Shown one piece after another: positions 13,301 through 23,700 of a DNA stretch of 64,000 nt. The notes under the pieces were generated by a model. The model was not told the DNA's origin. It worked only from the letters and a program-made list of their open reading frames with translations, and made no database searches. Position 1 is the stretch's first letter. Each line of letters begins with the position of its first letter. Both the position numbers and the translations under genes were made by a program. Origin of the DNA: Ranitomeya imitator (lineage: Eukaryota); NCBI RefSeq assembly GCF_032444005.1, contig NC_091288.1:218922001-218986000 (forward strand). The letters run 5' to 3'.

Positions 13301-15072
13301 AATGGTAACAACAACAACACCACCAGGAGCACAGGAGACAGGTGCCGAATAATGGTAACAACAACAACACCACCAGGAGCACAGGAGACAGGCGCCGAAT
13401 AATGGTAACAACAACAACACCACCAGGACCACAGGAGACAGGTGCCGAATAATGGTAACAACAACACCACCAGGACCACAGGAGACAGGTGCCGAATAAT
13501 GGTAACAACAACAACACCACCAGGACCACAGGAGACAGGCGCCGAATAATGGTAACAACAACACCACCAGGACCACAGGAGACAGGTGCCGAATAATGGT
13601 AACAACAACACCACCAGGAGCACAGGAGACAGGTGCCGAATAATGGTGGTAACAACAACAACAACAACACCAGGAGCACAGGAGACAGGTGCCGAATAAT
13701 GGTAACAACAACACCACCAGGACCACAGGAGACAGGTGCCGAATAATGGTAACAACAACAACACCACCAGGACCACAGGAGACAGGTGTCGAATAATGGT
13801 AACAACAACACCATAGGAGACAGGTGCCGAATAATGGTAACAACAACAACACCACCAGGAGCACAGGAGACAGGCGCCGAATAATGGTAACAACAACAAC
13901 ACCACCAGGACCACAGGAGACAGGTGCCGAATAATGGTAACAACACCACCAGGACCACAGGAGACAGGTGCCGAATAATGGTAACAACAACAACACCACC
14001 AGGACCATAGGAGACAGGTGCCGAATAATGGTAACAACAACAACACCACCAGGAGCACAGGAGACAGGTGCCGAATAATGGTAACAACAACACCAGGAGC
14101 ACAGGAGACAGGTGCCGAATAATGGTAACAACAACAACAACACCAGGAGCACAGGAGACAGGTGCCGAATAATGGTAACAACAACAACACCACCAGGACC
14201 ACAGGAGACAGGTGCCGAATAATGGTAACAACAACAACACCACCAGGACCACAGGAGACAGGTGCCGAATAATGGTAACAACACCACCAGGACCACAGGA
14301 GACAGGTGCCGAATAATGGTAACAACAACAACACCACCAGGACCATAGGAGACAGGTGCCGAATAATGGTAACAACAACAACACCACCAGGAGCACAGGA
14401 GACAGGTGCCGAATAATGGTAACAACAACAACAACACCAGGAGCACAGGTGCCGAATAATGGTAACAACAACATGTATCCACGTCTCTTACAGATACATG
14501 TATGGACACAGGAGCGGCCCATAGAGAACAGCACAATCTATTGCTCCCTGTTATCAGCCATTACTGGGGGGGGGAGGGGCTCAGCTCTGGATTTTCCCTC
14601 ATACATGAAAGTGAAAGCACCTCAGAGCCTCCCCGGGAGGAGGATGATGATGATGATGACGGGGGATTCTGTCGCACTGTAATCCTTGTTCTTTGCTATC
14701 TGGTGAGAATATCGCAGTGTGTCGCAGTGAGGGTCAGTGACTTGTTATATCGCGACTCCCCCCCCCCCCCCCTTTACCCCAAAGAAACGGATTTCGGGGA
14801 ACAATCCTGTAACACAGCTCCATATAACACAATATAATACATAGAATAGTTCTGTGTCCGCGACAATTCTATGCGACATATATCGCACCACACAATGTCG
14901 CCCGTCAGCGACTTTCCCAAGTAACTACAGCCCGTCTAGCGACAATGATAATCCATCCGATATCAGCGCTGGTGCTGAGGGGTGGCAGCAGCTATTACTC
15001 ACTGATGTCAGCCAGGGCCAGGCTCAGGCACAGCGCCAGCAGGACGCCGCTCACACTCAGGACGATCCTCAT
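1..15072 (-). CDS. b2m: Probable beta-2-microglobulin, 5' part. Coding exon 1 is 15003-15072 and exon 2 starts at 37 and runs off the window. The rest of the gene lies outside.
   Basis: ATG at 15072 gives the signal peptide MRIVLSVSGVLLALCLSLALA-DI and ends in phase 1 at a GTGAGT donor (15002-14997). An acceptor tttctccgcAG at 39-38 continues in frame as K-SPTVNIYSQTPV, which resembles the B2M mature N-terminus (P-x-V-x-V/I-Y-S/T-x-x-P). The exon 1 structure is B2M-like and the promoter has an X1/X2/Y module. Only 36 codons are visible. Confidence 0.78.
842..927. repeat. DIRS internal complementary region (ICR)
   Basis: 842-894 is the reverse complement of the left terminus (586 onward). 895-927 is the reverse complement of the right terminus (ending 7587). 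Confidence 0.9.
949..2635 (-). pseudogene. DIRS tyrosine recombinase, frameshifted (ORFs 1553-2635 and 949-1533)
   Basis: Catalytic motifs ARRVSDL, HSTRA and FFRHY are present. The ORF breaks near 1533-1553. Confidence 0.9.
3765..4160. repeat. 30-bp minisatellite inside the hAT element
   Basis: Unit tgtacacacgcggctccgctccctacacct. Confidence 0.9.
4287..4341. repeat. (TG)n microsatellite
   Basis: An uninterrupted TG run. Confidence 0.95.
5605..7071 (-). pseudogene. DIRS ORF1 (gag-like), disrupted
   Basis: ORF 5605-6423 has typical DIRS ORF1 motifs (WDKVPKIDGAVA, DPLDKKAD). A CxxC...CxxC motif (CALCNVPLAVQWQKNLCIDCIQKT) is split by the insertion at 6364-6593. Confidence 0.75.
6364..6593. mobile_element. 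230-bp insertion with a 15-bp TSD, containing a 156-bp spacerless palindrome; possibly a Penelope-like fragment
   Basis: AGTTTTTTGAATACA is duplicated at 6349-6363 and 6594-6608. The palindrome spans 6437-6592, is centred at 6514/6515 and has one mismatch. The family assignment is inference. Confidence 0.7.
9520..14470. repeat. About 4.9-kb satellite, 41-50-bp unit with variable (AAC)n, in b2m intron 1
   Basis: Unit ggagacaggtgccgaataatggt(aac)n accaccaggaccaca. It produces the three spurious minus-strand mega-ORFs. Confidence 0.97.
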
Positions 15073-15119
15073 CGCTGCGCGGCTCCTTCACTTCTGTGCT
15101 GGGACGGAAAGCTGCGGTT

Positions 15120-15184
15120 CTTATAAAGGCTGGGATATCGGCCAATCACATTATTAGACTCCTGCTGCGTCATCTGTTGTCAGG
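15120..15184 (-). promoter_or_regulatory. TATA box plus MHC-type X1-X2-Y promoter module of b2m
   Basis: On the gene strand: X1 CCTGACAACAGATG (15184-15171, compare HLA-DRA CCTAGCAACAGATG), X2 TGACGCA (15172-15166), a 21-bp spacer, Y box GTGATTGGCC (from 15149), then TTTATAA near 15127-15121, about 50 bp before the ATG. Confidence 0.75.
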
Positions 15185-15649
15185 AGAAGGAGCCTTGCTA
15201 GGCATACACTAGGGTGCAGTGCGCATGCGTGAGGTTTCCCCGATGACCGCATCGTGCTCTGTGCACTGCGCGGATTGTCGCTGCGTTTACACTGCGACTG
15301 GCGCAAGAAACGCCTGGAAATGTGTGGGGATTATGCCCCTGCTATGTATGTATCTATATAAAATAGCACAATGCATGTTCATTATTTTTTTGTAAAGCGG
15401 CTCCTCATTTATGTATTTTTTTTATATCTATTACTAAAAAAAACAAAAAAAATCCCCGAAATCTCCACACGTAACCAGTGCGGCACATAACCTGTAGCCC
15501 CTGCAGTAAGGGCCCCCCGACCGTATCTGTTTACCCCGTTATTGGGATGGTGACACGTCCTTTCACTTTCACCTCTGATGTCTCATGAGTCAGTAATAAT
15601 GGCCGCCATGGAAATCCCCGACCCAAGGTGTAAGAGTAACCAGGAGCCG

Positions 15650-17060
15650 CACCCTGACCGAGCCCCCCGTGCCCTGACCGAGCCTCCGCACCCTGACCGG
15701 ACCCCCCCGCACCCTGACCGAACCCCACCGCACCCTGACCGAGCCCCCGCACCCTGACCGAGCCCACCGCGCCCTGACCGAGCCCCCCGCACCCTGACCG
15801 AGCCCACCACGCCCTGACCGGACCCCCCCGCACCCTGACCGAGCCCCCCCGCACCGACCGAGCCCCTCGTGCCCTGATCGAACCTCCACACCCTGACCGA
15901 GCCCCCCCGCGCCCTGACCGAACCCCCCCCGCGCCCTGACCGAACCCCCCGCGCCCTGACCGAGCCCCCGCACCCTGACCGAGCCCACCGCGCCCTGACC
16001 AAGCCCCCCGCACCCTGACCGAGCCCCCCGCACCGACCGAGCCCCTCGTGCCCTGATCGAACCTCCACACCCTGACCGAACCCCCCGCGCCCTGACCGAG
16101 CCCCCGCACCCTGACCGAGCCCACCGCGCCCTGACCGAGCCCCCCGCACCCTGACCGAGCCCCCCGCACCGACCGAGCCCCTCGTGCCCTGATCGAACCT
16201 CCACACCCTGACCGAACCCCCCGCGCCCTGACCGAGCCCCCGCACCCTGACCGAGCCCACCGCGCCCTGACCGAGCCCCCCGCACCCTGACCGAGCCCCC
16301 CGCACCGACCGAGCCCCTCGTGCCCTGATCGAACCTCCACACCCTGACCGAGCCCCCCGTGCCCTGACCGAGCCTCCGCACCCTGACCGGACCCCCCCGC
16401 ACCCTGACCGAACCCCACCGCACCCTGACCGAGCCCCCGCACCCTGACCGAGCCCACCGCGCCCTGACCGAGCCCCCCGCACCCTGACCGAGCCCACCAC
16501 GCCCTGACCGGACCCCCCCGCACCCTGACCGAGCCCCCCCGCACCGACCGAGCCCCTCGTGCCCTGATCGAACCTCCACACCCTGACCGAGCCCCCCCCG
16601 CGCCCTGACCGAACCCCCCCCGCGCCCTGACCGAACCCCCCGCGCCCTGACAGAGCCCCCCGCGCCCTGAGAGAGCCCCCCCGCACCCTGTCCGAACCCC
16701 CCCGCGCCCTGACCGAGCCCCCGCGCCCTGACCGAGCCCCCGCACCCTGACCGAGCCCCCCGCGCCCTGACCGAGCCCCCCATGCCCTGACCGAGCCCCC
16801 CCGCACCCTGATCGAACCTCCACACCCTGACCGAGTCCCCCCACGCCCTGACCGAGCCCCCGTGCTCTGACAGAGCCCCCCGCACCCTGACCGAGCCCCC
16901 CCGCACCGACCGAGTCCCCGTGCTCTGACAGAGCCCCCCGCACCCTGACCGAGCCCCCCGCGCCCTGACCGAGCCCCCCCGCACCGACCGAGTCCCCCCA
17001 CGCCCTGACCGAGCCCCCCCGTGCTCTGACCGAGCCCCCCCACGCTCTGACAGAGCCCTC
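15650..17060. repeat. GC-rich minisatellite, 17-20-bp unit, between trim72 and b2m
   Basis: Unit ccctgaccgagcccccgca with variable C runs. Confidence 0.95.
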
Positions 17061-17620
17061 CGCTCCCCAATATACTGTATATATACACAAGACAGAGGAC
17101 AGTCTGCGACCATGTGAATGGGGCCGATACTGAGCACGGGGCCTGCAGCAGGTACTGTATATAGGGGAGCGCTCCGTCAGGGGGTATACGTTGTGCCCCT
17201 ATGGCAGGGGTCTCTTCTGCATGTGGAGGTGATCAGCGCCGCCAACAGTCACTATAATCACCGCTGGCAAATCTCGTCCTACTGACCCAGCTAATGGCGC
17301 CACACCAGGGAGAGCGCTGGACAACCCCTTTAAGAGGTGCCGGCCTATTCAGGACTTGTGCCTCGTATTAAAACTCCATTGGAGTGAATGGGACAGAGTT
17401 ACAATACCAGACACGACCTGGGCATGAGGGGGCGCTGTTTTAGTGATCACTTGTGCACCCAGACCGGAGATGTCACATGTACTGATCGCTGTCGGGACCC
17501 TCGCACCGTCAGCATCTATCCATGGATGTATTGAGTAAATGACTGGTCAGTAACTACAAGTCCCAGCATGCTCAGCACCGTTATGGATCATGTACAAATC
17601 AGTGGGTGTGGTAGGAACAT

Positions 17621-17626
17621 TTTATT
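17621..17626 (-). terminator. trim72 polyadenylation signal
   Basis: AATAAA on the minus strand about 145 nt after the stop codon. Confidence 0.7.
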
Positions 17627-17770
17627 GATGTAAAAGTCTTCACACCCCAATATAGAGGGGATCAGGGTCTACAGCCTCGCGGACAGAGCGGATCCCGATG
17701 AGCGGGGTAGATCTGTGCGGGATCCGTCACATCCACGTCCATGAAATCGGTATGGGCCCCTCTGGCGCCA

Positions 17771-20700
17771 TCATTGGGCCCCTGGTGGCACATAGAACTT
17801 CAGGGGTTGGCCGTTCTTCCCTTTGTCGTGCCAGCAAACATCGAAGAACGGATGGAGGCGGCTGGAGAATCGCTCGTGGAAGGTGTACAGGAGCTTCACG
17901 TTGTCCTCATCACCGGAATCAAAGAAGGACACGACGCCATCGGAGAAGCTCAGGTAGACCCCGATCTTCTCCGGACGCCCGTCCACGCGGAGGAGACGCG
18001 GCTCTTTGGCCTCGGCGTGGGCCTCATACACCTTCCCTTCCTTACAGCCCATGATCCAGAAGCCGTTGGAGGGACTGGCGTGGAGCTTGCCCTTGCGGTT
18101 GGCGGTCTCGGAGATGACACCCAGCGCCCACCTGGGCTTGTCCTCCACCACCACCTCCCAGTAGTGCTCTCTTTCCGTGAAGCTTTGCTTGGTGACCAAA
18201 CAGTTGCCTTTGTCAAAGCGTCCGGGATCGTCGGACACCGGCTGCTTGTGGTCGGAACACTCCACGGATTTACCGTCTCCGGACACCACCAGGTTCTGCT
18301 GGGCTGAGTCCGGGTCAAACGTCAGGTTCTCCAGAGCTTGGAAGAAAGAAATGCATGTAAAAAAAAAAACAATTATGTTTACAGAAACTTTGTACCAAAA
18401 AAGTAAAAACCTCAAACCCTTTTTTTCACCACAATTGGAGGGTGAGCGTAATGGGCGGGACGGTGCTGCCGCCTGGTGGTCGCGGCTGGTAATGTATCTT
18501 CCGTATTTCTCAGCACCCTCCATTGTGTCACAGCCCCATTCTCACCTGGCATCAGCGCCCGGAACATCTTCCTCCACACCTGGAACTTGAACTCATCGGA
18601 GATGATGGGCAGCTGGATGTCCAGGCGTCCGGGGAGCGGAGACTCTGATAAGATCTTCCCGAGCCTGTACATAGGAGGCGACAATAAGAAATCCGGTGCA
18701 TCGCCCCTGAGGGACCGGCGGGAGAGGAAATACAAGGGAACTTACCTGGCCGTCACCACACAGAATTTCTGAAAAGGAAAAAACAAGATCAGCGGAGGCT
18801 ATAAACTCTGGCATCAGCCTTATGACCGTCCACCACACGGCGGCCGCTCCTCTGTGCTACCGGATCTCCCATCACCGGCACCGAAATCCAGGAGCCCAGC
18901 AGCTACACCCGATCCTAATCCCATCACTCCCCCCAACACTGCCCCTCCCCGAGTTATCGCCCGATACCCCAATCCCTGCACCCGTCACCAACCCTAAATG
19001 GACCTCCAACCTCTACGACATCCTGGTGGGTCATATAGGGGTCTGGAGGTCATATAGGGGTCTGCTGAGGACAGAGTGGTGCATGGAGAATAGAGGGGTC
19101 TGGAGGTCATACAGGGGTCTGCTGAGGACAGAGTGCTGCATGGAGAAAAGAGGGGTCTGGAGGTCATATAGGGGTCTGCTGAGGACAGAGTGGCGCATGG
19201 AGAAAAGAGGGGTTTGGACGTCATATAGGGGTCTGCTGAGGACAGAGTGGCGCATGGAGAAAAGAGGGGTCAGGAGGTCATATAGGGGTCTGCTGAGGAC
19301 AGAGTGGTGCATGGAGAATAGAGGGGTCTGGAGGTCATATAGGGGTCTGCTGAGGACAGAGTGGTGCATGGAGAATAGAGGGGTCTGGAGGTCATATAGG
19401 GGTCTGCTGAGGACAGAGTGGTGCATGGAGAATAGAGGGGTCTGGAGGTCATATAGGGGTCTGCTGAGGACAGAGTGGTGCATGGAGAATAGAGGGGTCT
19501 GGAGGTCATATAGGGGTCTGCTGAGGACAGAGTGGCGCATGGAGAAAAGAGGGGTCAGGAGGTCATATAGAGGTCTGCTGAGGACAGAGTGGTGCATGGA
19601 GAATAGAGGGGTCTGGAGGTCATATAGGGGTCTGCTGAGGACAGAGTGGTGCATGGAGAATAGAGGGGTCTGGAGGTCATATAGGGGTCTGCTGAGGACA
19701 GAGTGGTGCATGGAGAATAGAGGGGTCTGGAGGTCATATAGGGGTCTGCTGAGGACAGAGTGGTGCATGGAGAATAGAGGGGTCTGGAGGTCATATAGGG
19801 GTCTGCTGAGGACAGAGTGGCGCATGGAGAAAAGAGGGGTCAGGAGGTCATATAGAGGTCTGCTGAGGACAGAGTGGTGCATGGAGAATAGAGGGGTCTG
19901 GAGGTCATATAGAGGTCTGCCGAGGACAGAGTGGTGCATGGAGAATAGAGGGGTCTGGAGGTCATATAGAGGTCTGCCGAGGACAGAGTGGTGCATGGAG
20001 AATAGAGGAGTCTGGAGGTCATATAGGGGTCTGCTGAGGACAGAGTGGTGCATGGAGAATAGAGGGGTCTGGAGGTCATATAGAGGTCTGCTGAGGACAG
20101 AGTGGTGCATGGAGAATAGAGGGGTCTGGAGGTCATATAGGGGTCTGCTGAGGACAGAGTGGCGCATGGAGAAAAGAGGGGTCAGGAGGTCATATAGAGG
20201 TCTGCTGAGGACAGAGTGGTGCATGGAGAATAGAGGGTTCTGGAGGTCATATAGGGGTCTGCTGAGGACAGAGTGGTGCATTGAGAATAGAGGGGTCTGG
20301 ACGTAATATAGGGGTCTGCTGAGGACAGAGTGCTGCATGGAGAATAGAGGGGTCTGGAGGTCATATAGGGGTCTGCTGAGGACAGAGTGCTGCATGGAGA
20401 ATAGAGGGTTCTGGAGGTCATATAGAGGTCTGCTGAGGACAGAGTGCTGCATGGAGAATAGAGGGGTCTGGAGGTCATATAGGGGTCTGCTGAGGACAGA
20501 GTGGTGCATTGAGAATAGAGGGGTCTGGAGGTCATATAGGGGTCTGCTGAGGACAGAGTGCTGCATGGAGAATAGAGGGTTCTGGAGGTCATATAGAGGT
20601 CTGCTGAGGACAGAGTGGTGCATGGAGAATAGAGGGTTCTGGAGGTCATATAGGGGTCTGCTGAGGACAGAGTGGTGCATTGAGAATAGAGGGGTCTGGA

Positions 20701-23700
20701 CGTAATATAGGGGTCTGCTGAGGACAGAGTGCTGCATGGAGAATAGAGGGGTCTGGAGGTCATATAGGGGTCTGCTGAGGACAGAGTGCTGCATGGAGAA
20801 TAGAGGGGTCTGGAGGTCATATAGGGGTCTGCTGAGGACAGAGTGCTGCATGGAGAATAGAGGGTTCTGGAGGTCATATAGGGGTCTGCTGAGGACAGAG
20901 TGGTGCATTGAGAATAGAGGGGTCTGGACGTAATATAGGGGTCTGCTGAGGACAGAGTGGTGCATGGAGAATAGAGGGGTCTGGAGGTCATATAGGGGTC
21001 TGCCGAGGACAGAGTGGTGCATGGAGAATAGAGGGGTCTGGAGGTCATATAGGGGTCTGCCGAGGACAGAGTGGTGCATGGAGAATAGAGGGGTCTGGAG
21101 GTCATATAGGGGTCTGCCGAGGACAGAGTGGTGCATGGAGAATAGAGGGTTCTGGACGTCATATAGGGGTCTGCCGAGGACAGAGTGCTGCATGGAGAAT
21201 AGAGGGGTCTGGAGGTCATATAGGGGTCTGCTGAGGACAGAGTGGTGCATTGAGAATAGAGGGGTCTGGAGGTCATATAGGGGTCTGCTGAGGACAGAGT
21301 GGTGCATGGAGAATAGAGGGGTCTGGAGGTCATATAGGGGTCTGCTGAGGACAGAGTGCTGCATGGAGAATAGAGGGTTCTGGAGGTCATATAGGGGTCT
21401 GCTGAGGACAGAGTGGTGCATGGAGAATAGAGGGGTCTGGAGGTCATATAGAGGTCTGCTGAGGACAGAGTGGTGCATGGAGAATAGAGGGGTCTGGAGG
21501 TCATATAGGGGTCTGCTGAGGACAGAGTGGTGCATGGAGAATAGAGGGGTCTGGAGGTCATATAGGGGTCTGCTGAGGACAGAGTGGCGCATGGAGAAAA
21601 GAGGGGTCAGGAGGTCATATAGAGGTCTGCTGAGGACAGAGTGCTGCATGGAGAATAGAGGGTTCTGGAGGTCATATAGGGGTCTGCTGAGGACAGAGTG
21701 GTGCATTGAGAATAGAGGGGTCTGGACGTAATATAGGGGTCTGCTGAGGACAGAGTGGTGCATGGAGAATAGAGGGGTCTGGAGGTCATATAGGGGTCTG
21801 CTGAGGACAGAGTGGTGCATGGAGAATAGAGGGGTCTGGAGGTCATATAGGGGTCTGCTGAGGACAGAGTGGTGCATGGAGAATAGAGGGGTCTGGAGGT
21901 CATATAGGGGTCTGCCGAGGACAGAGTGGTGCATGGAGAATAGAGGGGTCTGGAGGTCATATAGGGGTCTGCCGAGGACAGAGTGGTGCATGGAGAATAG
22001 AGGGTTCTGGACGTCATATAGGGGTCTGCTGAGGACAGAGTGCTGCATGGAGAATAGAGGGGTCTGGAGGTCATATAGGGGTCTGCTGAGGACAGAGTGG
22101 TGCATGGAGAATAGAGGGGTCTGGAGGTCATATAGGGGTCTGCCGAGGACAGAGTGGTGCATGGAGAATAGAGGGGTCTGGAGGTCATATAGGGGTCTGC
22201 CGAGGACAGAGTGGTGCATGGAGAATAGAGGGTTCTGGACGTCATATAGGGGTCTGCCGAGGACAGAGTGCTGCATGGAGAATAGAAGGGTCTGGACTTC
22301 ATATAGGGGTCTGCTGAGGACAGAGTGGTGCATGGAGAATAGAGGGTTCTGGACGTCATATAGGGGTCTGCCGAGGACAGAGTGGTGCATGGAGAATAGA
22401 GGGGTCTGGAGGTCATATAGGGGTCTGCTGAGGACAGAGTGGTGCATGGAGAATAGAGGGGTCTGGAGGTCATATAGGGGTCTGCTGAGGACAGAGTGGT
22501 GCATGGAGAATAGAGGGGTCTGGAGGTCATATAGGGGTCTGCTGAGGACAGAGTGGTGCATTGAGAATAGAGGGGTCTGGAGGTCATATACGGGTCTGCT
22601 GAGGACAGAGTGCTGCATGGAGAATAGAGGGGTCTGGAGGTCATATAGGGGTCTGCTGAGGACAGAGTGCTGCATGGAGAATAGAGGGTTCTGGAGGTCA
22701 TATAGGGGTCTGCTGAGGACAGAGTGGTGCATGGAGAATAGAGGGGTCTGGAGGTCATATAGGGGTCTGCTGAGGACAGAGTGCTGCATGGAGAATAGAG
22801 GGGTCTGGAGGTCATATAGGGGTCTGCTGAGGACAGAGTGCTGCATGGAGAATAGAGGGTTCTGGAGGTCATATAGGGGTCTGCTGAGGACAGAGTGGTG
22901 CATGGAGAATAGAGGGGTCTGGAGGTCATATAGGGGTCTGCCGAGGACAGAGTGGTGCATGGAGAATAGAGGGGTCTGGAGGTCATATAGGGGTCTGCTG
23001 AGGACAGAGTGCTGCATGGAGAATAGAGGGGTCTGGACGTCATATACGGGTCTGCTGAGGACAGAGTGCTGCATGGAGAATAGAGGGGTCTGGAGGTCAT
23101 ATAGGGGTCTGCCGAGGACAGAGTGGTGCATGTAGAATAGAGGGGTCTGGAGGTCATATAGGGGTCTGCTGAGGACAGAGTGGTGCATGGAGAATAGAGG
23201 GGTCTGGAGGTCATATAGGGGTCTGCTGAGGACAGAGTGGTGCATGGAGAATAGAGGGGTCAGGAGGTCATATAGGGGTCTGCTGAGGACAGAGTGGTGC
23301 ATGGAGAATAGAGGGGTCTGGACGTCATATAGGGGTCTGCTGAGGACAGAGTGGTGCATGTAGAATAGAGGGGTCTGGAGGTCATATAGAGGTCTGCTGA
23401 GGACAGAGTGGTGCATGGAGAATAGAGGGGTCTGGAGGTCATATAGGGGTCTGCCGAGGACAGAGTGGTGCATGGAGAATAGAGGGGTCTGGAGGTCATA
23501 TAGGGGTCTGCTGAGGACAGAGTGGTGCATGGAGAATAGAGGAGTCTGGAGGTCATATAGGGGTCTGCTGAGGACAGAGTGGTGCATGGAGAATACAGGG
23601 GTCTGGAGGTCATATAGGGGTCTGCTGAGGACAGAGTGCTGCATGGAGAATAGAGGAGTCTGGAGGTCATATAGGGGTCTGCTGAGGACAGAGTGGTGCA

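Noticed and set aside
9455-14536. Minus-strand ORFs of 1693, 1619 and 1346 aa, rich in Cys, Val and Leu
   Set aside because: All three frames are open only because the satellite unit lacks stops on that strand. There are no splice signals or unique flanking coding sequence.
15531-17137. Gly/Arg-rich 500-aa ORFs resembling FUS RGG repeats (FUS neighbours PYCARD in human)
   Set aside because: All three frames are open across a minisatellite with variable C runs, and there is no RRM, zinc finger or QGSY region.
17698-18772. Plus-strand and alternative-frame ORFs overlapping the last trim72 exons
   Set aside because: They are antisense or off-frame shadows of GC-rich coding sequence.
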